This document shows positions 8,451-17,306 of a stretch of 64,000 nt of DNA, piece by piece. Within the stretch, counting starts at the first letter, position 1. Each line of letters begins with the position of its first letter. Source of the DNA: an uncultured Bacilli bacterium (GTDB lineage Bacteria; Bacillota_I; Bacilli_A; RFN20; CAG-826); the NCBI GenBank assembly GCA_934140155.1, contig CAKPBC010000001.1:589009-653008 (forward strand), in the 5' to 3' direction. The notes beneath the pieces were generated by a model that saw only the letters and a list, made by a program, of their open reading frames with translations, was not told where the DNA came from and did no database searches. Both the position numbers and the translations under genes were made by a program.

Positions 8451-10538
8451 ATGAAACTTGTAATTGTAGAATCTCCAACCAAATGCCATACTATTGGTAA
8501 ATATTTAGGTGATGAATATAAAGTTATGGCATCTTTAGGCCATGTCCGTGACTTATCTATAAAAGGAAAAAGTGGACTTGGTATTGATGTTGAACATGGT
8601 TTTAAACCAACATATGAAGTACAACCTAAGCAAATGGGTGTTGTTCGTGATTTAAAGAAAAATGCTAAAGAAGCTGATGAAGTTATAATTGCGACTGACC
8701 CGGACCGTGAAGGGGAAGCTATTGGTTGGCATTTAGCGGATTTATTAGGGTTAGACATAAATACAACAAAACGTTTAGAATTTCATGAAATTACAAGAAC
8801 AGCAATTACTAATGCTTTAAGTCATCCACGTACTATTGATATGAATCTTGTTGCTTCTCAAGAAACAAGAAGAATATTAGATCGTATTATTGGTTTTAAA
8901 TTATCCTCTTTATTACAAAATAAGATTAAATCTCGTTCGGCAGGTCGAGTTCAATCTTCTTCATTAAAGTTATTAGTGGATCAAGAAAAACTTATTAATG
9001 AATTTGTTCCAGAAGAATATTGGACAATGAATGTTGATTTAGTTAAGGAAGATATAAAACTTACTGCAACATTAAGCGGCGAAACTAAAGTTAAATCTGA
9101 AGAAGACGCTATTAAAATAGAAAATAGTTTAGGAAATACTGCAGAAGTTATTTCTATCGACAAAGTTCGTAAAGTAACAGAATCTAAACCGCCTTTTACA
9201 ACATCCACTATGCAACAAGAAGCATTTAATCGTTATAAATTTTCTACTAAAAAGACTGCAATGGTGGCACAAAAGTTATATGAAGGTATTCAATTAGCGA
9301 CCGAGACAGCAGGTCTTATTACATATATGCGTACTGACTCTGCTCGTTTAGCACCACAATTTGTAGAAAAAGCGCAAGCTTATATTAGTGAAAACTTTGG
9401 TGAAAATTATGTTGGAAAAACTAAAGCAAACAAAAATAAAAATGTTATTCAAGATGCTCATGAAGCAATTCGACCAACATCTTTAACAAGAACACCAGAA
9501 TCAATTAAAAAATATTTAACTAATGATGAATATAAACTTTATAGTTTAATTTATAATCGTGCTTTAGCCTCTTTAATGAGTGCTAAAATTGATGAAGTAA
9601 CAACAATTAAATTTAATTCTAATGGTGTTGAATTAAAAGTTAATGGTGTCGTAAATGTGTTTAATGGCTATAATGCTTTACTTAAAAGCAAAGATGAAGA
9701 TGTTAAAGTTCTTCCAAATGTTGATGTTGGAGAAGTATTTGAAATTCAAGATGTAGTTAAAGAACAACATTTCACTAAAGCTCCAGCAAGATTTTCTGAG
9801 GCTAAACTTGTTAAAACGATGGAAGAAGTCGGTATTGGAAGACCATCAACATATGCATCAACAATTGAAATATTAAAAGCGAGAAAATATGTTAATGTTG
9901 AATCGGGAATCTTAATTCCAACAGAACAAGGACTTAAGACTGACAATTTATTAGAAGAATATTTTACTAATTTAGTTGATCCATCTTTTACTGCCCAAAT
10001 GGAAAAGAATCTTGATGATATTGTTGCGGGTAGTGAATCACGCATTCAATTATTACAAACTTTTTATGATGGTTTTATGACTCAACTTGCTTATGCAAAA
10101 GAGCATATTGAAAAAGCTAAAGATGAACCAAGCGGAAATATTTGTCCAAAATGTGGTTCTCCAATGGTGTTTAAAAATTCAAAATATGGAAAGTTTGAAG
10201 CTTGCTCTAATTATCCACATTGTCACTATATTGCTCCAAAAGAAAAAGCAGAAATTCCAAGCGATGCTCCGATTTGTCCAGAATGTGGTTCCCCACTTGT
10301 ATTAAGAAAAAATAAAAAAGGACAAACATTCTATGGCTGTAGTAATTTCCCAAAATGTCATTACATCATGGAAGATAAAAATGCCAAAGTTGAAGAGCCA
10401 ATTATTGTTGGAAAGTGTCCAGAATGCGGTGGAGATTTACTTGTTAAACAAGGAAAATATTCAAAGTTCATTGGATGTAGCAATTTCCCAACTTGTCACC
10501 ATATGGAAAAATATATCAAACCAAAGAAGGCTAAATAG
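8451..10538 (+). CDS. topA: DNA topoisomerase I (type IA) with three C-terminal C4 zinc ribbons
   Basis: Toprim start MKLVIVESPTK, DPDREGEAI, active-site region ITYMRTDS, and three CP(K/E)CG...CSN(Y/F)P.CH repeats. Confidence 0.95.
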   Translation: MKLVIVESPTKCHTIGKYLGDEYKVMASLGHVRDLSIKGKSGLGIDVEHGFKPTYEVQPKQMGVVRDLKKNAKEADEVIIATDPDREGEAIGWHLADLLGLDINTTKRLEFHEITRTAITNALSHPRTIDMNLVASQETRRILDRIIGFKLSSLLQNKIKSRSAGRVQSSSLKLLVDQEKLINEFVPEEYWTMNVDLVKEDIKLTATLSGETKVKSEEDAIKIENSLGNTAEVISIDKVRKVTESKPPFTTSTMQQEAFNRYKFSTKKTAMVAQKLYEGIQLATETAGLITYMRTDSARLAPQFVEKAQAYISENFGENYVGKTKANKNKNVIQDAHEAIRPTSLTRTPESIKKYLTNDEYKLYSLIYNRALASLMSAKIDEVTTIKFNSNGVELKVNGVVNVFNGYNALLKSKDEDVKVLPNVDVGEVFEIQDVVKEQHFTKAPARFSEAKLVKTMEEVGIGRPSTYASTIEILKARKYVNVESGILIPTEQGLKTDNLLEEYFTNLVDPSFTAQMEKNLDDIVAGSESRIQLLQTFYDGFMTQLAYAKEHIEKAKDEPSGNICPKCGSPMVFKNSKYGKFEACSNYPHCHYIAPKEKAEIPSDAPICPECGSPLVLRKNKKGQTFYGCSNFPKCHYIMEDKNAKVEEPIIVGKCPECGGDLLVKQGKYSKFIGCSNFPTCHHMEKYIKPKKAK

Positions 10539-10594
10539 TCTTCTTTTTCTATTTGTTTGAGCAAAGTTATGTTATATTAATAAAGGTGATTAAT

Positions 10595-11881
10595 GTGAAA
10601 AAAGTAATAGTGGTAGGAGCTGGATTAGCAGGTGTAGAGGCTACATATTTTTTAATAAATAAAGGTATCAAAGTGGATTTATATGAACAAAGACCGATTA
10701 AAAATACTGGCGCGCATCATAGCGCTAATTTTGCAGAATTAGTTTGTTCTAATTCTTTGAAGTCTAATAATTTAGATAATGCTTGTGGATTATTAAAAAG
10801 TGAAATGCGCTTGATGAATAGTATAACTATGCAAATTGCGGATGAAACAAGAGTACCTGCTGGTAATGCTTTAGCGGTTGATCGTGATTTATTTGCAAGT
10901 AAAATTACCGAAATAATTAAGAATCATCCTTTAGTTAATTTTCATAATGAAGAATATGTTGACTTTGATTCTGACGCTTTGATTATTGTTGCGACTGGAC
11001 CATTATCAAGTGAAAATATTATTCAAAAACTAGAAACTATTACAGGAGAAAAAATGTTTTCGTTTTTTGATGCCTGCGCTCCAATTGTGGAAAAAAGTAG
11101 TATTGATTTTACTAAAGCATATTATAAATCTCGCTATGAACAAGGCGATAATAGTTACATTAATTGCGCCATGAATAAAGAAGAATATGAAAAATTTTAT
11201 GATGCTTTAATAAATGCTGAACTTGCCGAATTACATGATTTTGATAAAAAGTATTTTGAAGGTTGTATGCCAATTGAAGCAATGGCAAAAAGAGGAGAAA
11301 AAACTTTGCGTTATGGCCCTTTAAAACCAATGGGACTACGAAGAACACCCGAAGATCGTCCTTATGCCGTTGTACAATTAAGACAAGATAATGTTATTGG
11401 TAGTTTATATAATATTGTCGGTTTTCAAACTAATTTAACATATAGCGAACAAAAAAGAGTTTTCTCGCTTATTCCAGGATTAGAAAATGCTAAATATGTT
11501 CGATATGGCTTAATGCATCGCAATACTTATATTTGCGCTCCCAAACACCTAAATAGAGATTTGTCACTTAAAAATGCTCCATCTATTTTTATTGCCGGAC
11601 AATTATCTGGTGTGGAAGGATATGTCGAAAGTGCATGTTCAGGAATTATTGCGGCAATAAGTGTTTATAAAAGACTAAAAGGAGAAGAATTTATTGCTCC
11701 ACCAATAAATACAATGATTGGTGCTTTATTAAATTACTTAGCGATATGTTCTCCAAGTGATTTTTCACCAATGAATTCTAATTACGGAATCGTTCCGCGT
11801 GATACTAAGCTTGAAAAAATCGAAGTAAGTAATATTGCTCTTGCTTCATTAAAAGACTGGTGGAGTCATAATTATGAGTGA
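10595..11881 (+). CDS. trmFO: methylenetetrahydrofolate--tRNA-(uracil-5-)-methyltransferase TrmFO
   Basis: VKKVIVVGAGLAGVEA FAD fold, ELVCSNSLKS, GFQTNLTY, FIAGQLSGVEGYVES. GTG start at 10595 after AAAGGTGA. Confidence 0.92.
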   Translation: MKKVIVVGAGLAGVEATYFLINKGIKVDLYEQRPIKNTGAHHSANFAELVCSNSLKSNNLDNACGLLKSEMRLMNSITMQIADETRVPAGNALAVDRDLFASKITEIIKNHPLVNFHNEEYVDFDSDALIIVATGPLSSENIIQKLETITGEKMFSFFDACAPIVEKSSIDFTKAYYKSRYEQGDNSYINCAMNKEEYEKFYDALINAELAELHDFDKKYFEGCMPIEAMAKRGEKTLRYGPLKPMGLRRTPEDRPYAVVQLRQDNVIGSLYNIVGFQTNLTYSEQKRVFSLIPGLENAKYVRYGLMHRNTYICAPKHLNRDLSLKNAPSIFIAGQLSGVEGYVESACSGIIAAISVYKRLKGEEFIAPPINTMIGALLNYLAICSPSDFSPMNSNYGIVPRDTKLEKIEVSNIALASLKDWWSHNYE

Positions 11882-12785
11882 TGAAATTAGCATGTATAAA
11901 GAATATCTAAAATTAGAAAAAGGATATTCGGATAAAACAATTGAAAGTTATTTAGAAGATATAAAAAAGTTTTATAAATATGCCGAAAAAAGGGGATTTA
12001 ATCCTTTAAAAGTTTCTAATCTTACGATTCGTGGTTTTTTAAGCGATGAAAGAATTAATAATATTTCTAAACGTACTTTGAAGAGAAGATTAAGTGGATT
12101 AAGAAGCTTTTATGATTATTTAGAAAAAAATAAATATGTAAAATTTAATCCTTTTGTAGCGGTAACTTCACCTAAAGCAGATATTAAATATCCGAAAGTT
12201 TTATTTGATGATGATGTAGAAAAACTTTTAAAAGCTAACTTGGAAAGAAAAGATGAACTAATGGAGAGAGATCAAGCTATTCTTGAACTCCTTTATGCTT
12301 CGGGATTTCGTGGCTCTGAATTAGTAAATATTAATGTTAGTGATGTCGATTTTCGTGGAAGAATTATTAAAGTTATTGGTAAGGGCTCAAAAGAAAGGAT
12401 TGTTCCTTTTTCTATTGAGTGTCAAAAAGCATTGAACACTTATTACAAAGATTTAAGGCCAAAATTATTACTTAAATCTACAAGTGAAGAAATATCCACT
12501 AAATTATTTTTAAATAGTAAAGGTGAAAAATTAACTTTACGCGGTTTAGAATATATTTTGCATCAAATAGAAAATAAAACGGGAATATTTTTAGGACTTC
12601 ACCCCCATATGCTTCGTCATACTTTTGCTACGGGTCTTTTAGAACGAGGAGCAGATTTAAGAGTAATTCAAACGATGTTAGGACATGCATCTATTTCTAC
12701 AACTCAAATTTACACTCATGTAACTACAGAGGCGATGAAAAAAGAATATAATGAGGCGCATCCTCGTGCAAAAATAAAAAAATAG
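11874..12785 (+). CDS. xerC: tyrosine recombinase XerC/CodV-type
   Basis: N-terminal SAM-like domain (YLKLEKGYSDKTIESY), catalytic region ELLYASGFRGSEL ... HMLRHTFATGLL ... LGHASISTTQIYTHV. Conserved position after topA-trmFO. Confidence 0.85.
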   Translation: MSDEISMYKEYLKLEKGYSDKTIESYLEDIKKFYKYAEKRGFNPLKVSNLTIRGFLSDERINNISKRTLKRRLSGLRSFYDYLEKNKYVKFNPFVAVTSPKADIKYPKVLFDDDVEKLLKANLERKDELMERDQAILELLYASGFRGSELVNINVSDVDFRGRIIKVIGKGSKERIVPFSIECQKALNTYYKDLRPKLLLKSTSEEISTKLFLNSKGEKLTLRGLEYILHQIENKTGIFLGLHPHMLRHTFATGLLERGADLRVIQTMLGHASISTTQIYTHVTTEAMKKEYNEAHPRAKIKK

Positions 12786-12859
12786 CAACAAAAATCCACT
12801 CTTTGTTGATAAATATTCAATAATGTTGTATTCTTTTTTTGGAAACGGAGGAAAAAAAT

Positions 12860-13324
12860 ATGTCAAATAAAGTAAAAGGTTATTTGCTTGGAATTTTAGC
12901 TTCTTTAGCTGTAGTGGCTCTTTGGATTGTTCTTTATGTTTTTGTTGGCATTATTGCAGGATATATCGGTGCATTGATGGCACTATCAATTATCATGATT
13001 TACAAAAAATTTAATCCAGAAGATAATAGTAATGTTATTTACGTTGTTGCTTCAGTTATCGGATTATTTGAAATCTTCATTGCGGAATTTGCGAGTGTTG
13101 GCATTATGTGCGTTATGAACAATAAAGATTTTGGCAGTGAAGTGGCAAATTCTTTTGTTGGTATAGTACTTGATGTTGTTATTGCAGTCATTTTGTCGGC
13201 TTTAGTTTTATTCTATTACATTAGACAACAAACTAAAAAAGTTGAGACTCGTAAAGTAGAAAGTACAACTTCACCATTAGAAAACATTGAAACAAGTGAA
13301 AAAACAAACGAAAGCGAGAAATAA
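12860..13324 (+). CDS. small integral membrane protein (4 predicted TM spans, charged C-tail), function unknown
   Basis: ATG at 12860 follows a GGAGG RBS. The ORF-track TTG at 12839 is unlikely to be the start. Confidence 0.55.
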   Translation: MSNKVKGYLLGILASLAVVALWIVLYVFVGIIAGYIGALMALSIIMIYKKFNPEDNSNVIYVVASVIGLFEIFIAEFASVGIMCVMNNKDFGSEVANSFVGIVLDVVIAVILSALVLFYYIRQQTKKVETRKVESTTSPLENIETSEKTNESEK

Positions 13325-13326
13325 TC

Positions 13327-13737
13327 ATGGATTTCCAACAAACTAAAGATGAACTAATTACGCAAGGATTAATTTCATCTACTGAGGATTTGATTTTATG
13401 TGAAGATGCTCCTAGTAATTTTGATATTATTATGGGAGGAGCGTTAGGCGCGGCTTTAACTGCGAATAAGCGTAAAGTATATGCTTTAACTGTTGATGAT
13501 AAGCGTATCCAACTTTTTTATTTAGATAAGAAAACTTTAAAATACTTAAACTTAGTTGAGCGTTATAACATTAGCGATTTGAAGAAAATAAAAGCAAGCA
13601 CTTTTTTAGGCTATCAAGTTATATTTAAAACTAATGAACACACTATCAGTTTGCTATCTTCTAAAAAATATCGTGGTTATGATCAAAAAGAGGCTGTTAA
13701 GAGTATTTTTAACAAGTTAAAAGCATTAAAAAAATAA
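13327..13737 (+). CDS. hypothetical protein (possibly bacterial PH-like fold; not verified)
   Basis: 136-aa ORF starting 2 nt after the preceding stop. No motif recognised with confidence. Confidence 0.5.
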   Translation: MDFQQTKDELITQGLISSTEDLILCEDAPSNFDIIMGGALGAALTANKRKVYALTVDDKRIQLFYLDKKTLKYLNLVERYNISDLKKIKASTFLGYQVIFKTNEHTISLLSSKKYRGYDQKEAVKSIFNKLKALKK

Positions 13738-13745
13738 TTATTTAT

Positions 13746-13772
13746 GGGAAGTGATTTCGCTTCCCGTTTTTA
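13746..13772 (+). terminator. rho-independent terminator
   Basis: GGGAAG / CTTCCC stem, 8-nt loop, GTTTTT tail. Confidence 0.6.
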
Positions 13773-13795
13773 TTTGTTTAAAAAGCAAAAAAAAG

Positions 13796-13824
13796 TTGCA
13801 TAGTAATACTTACTATGGTAGAAT
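13796..13824 (+). promoter_or_regulatory. sigma-A-type promoter of rpsB-tsf
   Basis: TTGCAT (13796-13801), 17-nt spacer, TAGAAT (13819-13824), preceded by an A-rich UP-like tract. Confidence 0.6.
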
Positions 13825-13939
13825 AACTTGGCCTGAAAAATCAGGACTACACACATCATGGATTCATAGTTCGTGTCTTAATTACTTAAGGGACTATGTT
13901 CGAAGTGATGGAGGAACTAACAAAAGGAGGACTCATAAA

Positions 13940-14869
13940 ATGAGCGAAAAGGAAGAAGAAGTCGTAGTAGAAGAAAACGTTATGGAACAAGCTATGCCTG
14001 AAGAAGGTACACCTGTCATAACAATGAAAAAACTTCTTGAAGCTGGTGCACACTTTGGTCACCCAACAAGAAGATGGAATCCAAAAATGCAAAAATACAT
14101 TTTTGGTGCAAGAAATGGAGTTTACATTATCGATCTCCAAAAAACTGCAGCTAAAATTGAAGAAGCATATGCAGCTTTAAAACAAATCGTATTAGATGGT
14201 GGTAAAGTTTTATTTGTTGGAACAAGAAAACAAGTCCAAGAAGAAGTTATTGAAGAAGCAAACCGTTCTGGTTCATTCTACATCACAAACCGTTGGTTAG
14301 GTGGTACATTAACAAACTTCAAAACTTTATCAAACTCAATCCGTCATTTAAAAGATTTAGAAAAAATGGCTGATGATGGTACATTTGATGTCTTACCTAA
14401 GAAAGAAGTTGCTCTTTTAAAGAAAGAACAAGAAAAATTAATGAAGAACTTAGAAGGTATCAAAGAAATGCGTAAAGTACCTAACGCAATCATCGTTGTT
14501 GATCCACGTATGGAACACAATGCAGTTGCAGAAGGTCGTAAATTAGGAATCCCTGTATTTGGTATTTGTGATACAAATGCTGATCCAGATGAAGTAGATT
14601 ACGCAATTCCTGCAAATGATGACGCTATCCGTTCAGTACATTTAATCTTAGCAGTTTTAGCAGACGCTATCGTTGAAGCAAAAGGTGGACAAACAATTAT
14701 TGCTTACACTAAAGATGAAGATGATTCAGAAGTCTCTATGAATGATGCTTTAAAAGAAGAAGAAAAGAAAGTTGAAGAAGATGCTAAAGAAGAAAAACCT
14801 CAACGTAGAGCACCAAGAAAAAGAGTAAACAAAGAAGAAACAGCTCCAAAAGCTGAAGAGGAAAAATAA
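13940..14869 (+). CDS. rpsB: 30S ribosomal protein S2 with acidic N-terminal and Lys/Glu-rich C-terminal extensions
   Basis: [28 protein letters not shown] core. ATG at 13940 sits 8 nt after AAAGGAGG. The ORF-track start at 13751 is read-through of the leader. Confidence 0.93.
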   Translation: MSEKEEEVVVEENVMEQAMPEEGTPVITMKKLLEAGAHFGHPTRRWNPKMQKYIFGARNGVYIIDLQKTAAKIEEAYAALKQIVLDGGKVLFVGTRKQVQEEVIEEANRSGSFYITNRWLGGTLTNFKTLSNSIRHLKDLEKMADDGTFDVLPKKEVALLKKEQEKLMKNLEGIKEMRKVPNAIIVVDPRMEHNAVAEGRKLGIPVFGICDTNADPDEVDYAIPANDDAIRSVHLILAVLADAIVEAKGGQTIIAYTKDEDDSEVSMNDALKEEEKKVEEDAKEEKPQRRAPRKRVNKEETAPKAEEEK

Positions 14870-14871
14870 AA

Positions 14872-15750
14872 ATGGCAAAACCAATTATTGAATTAATCAA
14901 AGTTTTAAGAGAACGTACTGGCGCAGGTATGATGGACTGCAAAAAGGCATTAGAAGAATGCGATTGCGACATCGATAAAGCTTGTGACTGGTTAAGAGAA
15001 AAAGGTATCGCTAAAGCAGCTAAAAAGGCAAGCCGTATTGCTGCTGAAGGTTTAACATTTGTTAAAGCATGTGATAAATGCGGAAAAGCAATTATCATTG
15101 AAGTTAACTGTGAAACAGACTTCGTTTCTAAAAGTGATGCATTTAATGAATTAGTTCAAGAAACAGCTAGAGTTATTATGCACAATAATATTGCTACTGT
15201 TGAAGAAGCAAAAGAAAATGCAGAAATCAAAGATTTATTTACTAACGCCACTGTTAAAATTGGTGAAAAATTAGATTTACGTCGTTTTGAAATTGTTGAA
15301 GCTTCAGAAGGACAAGCAATTGGTACTTACATCCACATGAAAGGTAAAATTTCTGTTTTAGTAGTTACTGATAAAGCTTGTGATGATGTTAAAGGTTTAG
15401 CAATGCACATTGCTGCGAATAACCCATTATATATCACAAAAGCTGATATCCCTGCTGATGTATTAGAACACGAAAAAGCCATTCAAATGGAAGCTGCTAA
15501 GACTGATGAAAAATTAGCTGGCAAACCAGAAGCAGTTGTTGCTAAAATTATCGAAGGTAAAGTTAACAAACAACTTTCTGAAACAACACTTTATGAACAA
15601 GATTATTTATTAGAACCAGGAACTACAGTTGGTAAGTTCTTAAATAGTCGTGGTGTTAATGTTGTTAAATTCGTACGTTACATGGTTGGCGAAGGCATTG
15701 AAAAACGTAAAGATGACTTTGCTGCTGAAGTAATGAGCCAAATTAAATAA
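14872..15750 (+). CDS. tsf: elongation factor Ts
   Basis: LIKVLRERTGAGMMDCKKALEE UBA-like N-terminus and CETDFVSKSD motif. Confidence 0.95.
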   Translation: MAKPIIELIKVLRERTGAGMMDCKKALEECDCDIDKACDWLREKGIAKAAKKASRIAAEGLTFVKACDKCGKAIIIEVNCETDFVSKSDAFNELVQETARVIMHNNIATVEEAKENAEIKDLFTNATVKIGEKLDLRRFEIVEASEGQAIGTYIHMKGKISVLVVTDKACDDVKGLAMHIAANNPLYITKADIPADVLEHEKAIQMEAAKTDEKLAGKPEAVVAKIIEGKVNKQLSETTLYEQDYLLEPGTTVGKFLNSRGVNVVKFVRYMVGEGIEKRKDDFAAEVMSQIK

Positions 15751-15760
15751 TTAAACTTTA

Positions 15761-15789
15761 AAGAACACTCCTTTTGAAGTGTTCTTTTC
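15761..15789 (+). terminator. hairpin/partial terminator between tsf and pyrH
   Basis: AAGAACACT / AGTGTTCTT 9-bp stem, 8-nt loop, short T-run. Confidence 0.5.
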
Positions 15790-15807
15790 ATAAACATTGG
15801 AGGTATT

Positions 15808-16530
15808 ATGAGTACATATAAACGTGTGTTATTAAAATTAAGCGGTGAAGCACTTGCTGATAAAAACAATAATATGATTCTAGAAAATTATAGTCTAGAT
15901 CAAGTAGCGGCATCTATTAAATTAATGGTTGACAAAGGAATGGAAGTTGCAGTCGTCGTTGGCGCTGGTAATATTTGGAGAGGCAAACTTGCTAAACAAA
16001 TTGGCATTGAAAGATCAACCGCTGACTATATGGGAATGCTTGGCACTATTATTAATGCTTTAGCGCTTCAAAGCGCTATTGAGAAGACTGGCATTGGCTG
16101 TCGTGTCTTAAGCGCTTTAGAGATTAAAGCAGTCGCGGAAACTTATATACGTCGCCGCGCAATTAGACATTTAGAAAAAGGCCGTGTAGTTATATTTGCT
16201 GGTGGTACAGGTAATCCATATTTTACTACTGATACATGTGCGACATTACGTGCTATGGAAATTGAAGCTGATGCTATCTTAATGGCTAAAAATGGTGTTG
16301 ATGGCGTTTATACTGCTGATCCTAAATTAGATAAAGACGCTCAATTTATTAAAACTATTACTTTTGATGAAATGTTAAAACGTGAATTAAGAGTTATGGA
16401 TCCAACTGCAATTGCCCTACTTAAAGATAATCAAATTGAAATACGCGTTTTTGATATGAATGAACCTACAAATATTGAAAAATTAATTAATGGTGAAGAC
16501 ATCGGAACCACCATAATAAAAGGAGAATAA
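15808..16530 (+). CDS. pyrH: UMP kinase
   Basis: YKRVLLKLSGEAL, VVGAGNIWRG, GGTGNPYFTTD motifs. Confidence 0.95.
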   Translation: MSTYKRVLLKLSGEALADKNNNMILENYSLDQVAASIKLMVDKGMEVAVVVGAGNIWRGKLAKQIGIERSTADYMGMLGTIINALALQSAIEKTGIGCRVLSALEIKAVAETYIRRRAIRHLEKGRVVIFAGGTGNPYFTTDTCATLRAMEIEADAILMAKNGVDGVYTADPKLDKDAQFIKTITFDEMLKRELRVMDPTAIALLKDNQIEIRVFDMNEPTNIEKLINGEDIGTTIIKGE

Positions 16531-16534
16531 AACA

Positions 16535-17083
16535 ATGGATGAAGAGTTAATCTTAGAATGTATTGAAGAAATGAATAATGCCCACGCTAATTTTGAAAAG
16601 TCATTAGCGACATTACGTGCTGGACGTGTTTCTCCAGCTGCTTTAGAAGAAGTAAAAGCTGATTATTATGGAGAAAAAACTCCTATTACTTATATTGCTT
16701 CAATTACTAATATGCAATCAAATGTCTTAGTGGTAAAACCATTTGATCGTAATGATGTTAAATCCATCGTTGCCGCTATTAACGAAGCAAATTTAGGTGT
16801 TAATCCAATTAATGATGGAGATTCTATTCGTTTAGTATTCCCAACTCTAACTGAAGATCGTCGTCGTGATTTAGTTAAAGTTGCTAAAAAATATGGCGAA
16901 GAAGCTAAAGTCGCAATTCGTAATATTCGTCGTGATTATAATGACAAAGTTAAAAAGGATAAGGAATTGCCAGAAGATTTAGCTAAAAAGCTTGAAAATG
17001 ATATTCAAAAAGCAACTGATGAGGCTGTTAAAAATATTGATGCTTCTATAGCTAAAAAAGAAAAAGAAATAATGGAGATTTAA
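16535..17083 (+). CDS. frr: ribosome recycling factor
   Basis: LRAGRVSPAALEEVKADYYG, PTLTEDRRRDLVK, IRNIRRD motifs. Confidence 0.95.
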   Translation: MDEELILECIEEMNNAHANFEKSLATLRAGRVSPAALEEVKADYYGEKTPITYIASITNMQSNVLVVKPFDRNDVKSIVAAINEANLGVNPINDGDSIRLVFPTLTEDRRRDLVKVAKKYGEEAKVAIRNIRRDYNDKVKKDKELPEDLAKKLENDIQKATDEAVKNIDASIAKKEKEIMEI

Positions 17084-17114
17084 TTTTATTAGGTAATTTC
17101 ATAATTTATAAATA

Positions 17115-17147
17115 TTGGGGATTTGAAAAAAAGTCTCCAATTTTTTT
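17115..17147 (+). terminator. rho-independent terminator after frr
   Basis: TTGGGGA / TCTCCAA stem (one G-U) followed by T7. Confidence 0.65.
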
Positions 17148-17306
17148 ATGCTGTTTCATCTTGCTTTTAATGTTATACTTTAAATATCAACTAGTAGTGG
17201 AGTTTATTTTTTTGTTTTTTGAAATAAAAATATCAACTCTCGGAAGAGTATGTTAATGTTTTATGACTATTTGTTTTATAATTATGGCGTAGGAGGAAAA
17301 AACAAG

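Noticed and set aside
8417-8758. 113-aa minus-strand ORF overlapping the topA start.
   Set aside because: Lies antisense to a strongly supported topA Toprim domain and has no RBS. It is the low-complexity product typical of shadow ORFs in AT-rich DNA. The same reasoning applies to 424-690, 3076-3460, 4062-4265, 6181-6411, 7892-8077, 8981-9208, 9746-10045, 11160-11348, 12678-12866, 13886-14140, 14784-15098, 15678-15869, 17524-17718, 18686-18925, 20036-20221 and 20514-20696.
10087-10560. Two plus-strand alternative-frame ORFs (72 and 75 aa) inside the topA zinc-ribbon region.
   Set aside because: Both are out of frame within a region whose main frame gives three clean CxxC...CxxC zinc ribbons. 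Neither has an RBS.
11874-12785. Considered the tyrosine recombinase as a phage or ICE integrase marking a mobile element.
   Set aside because: Its position directly after topA-trmFO is the conserved chromosomal XerC/CodV context. The sequence has Xer-type motifs, and no attachment repeats or phage genes flank it.
13751-13939. ORF-track N-terminal extension of rpsB (63 extra residues).
   Set aside because: The extension spans the promoter and leader, has no RBS, and gives a non-S2-like sequence. A perfect AAAGGAGG precedes the ATG at 13940.
17250-17306. Upstream extension (MLMFYDYLFYNYGVGGKNK) of cassette gene A.
   Set aside because: AGGAGG lies inside it at ideal spacing from the ATG at 17307, and XRE HTH domains normally start within a few residues of the N-terminus.
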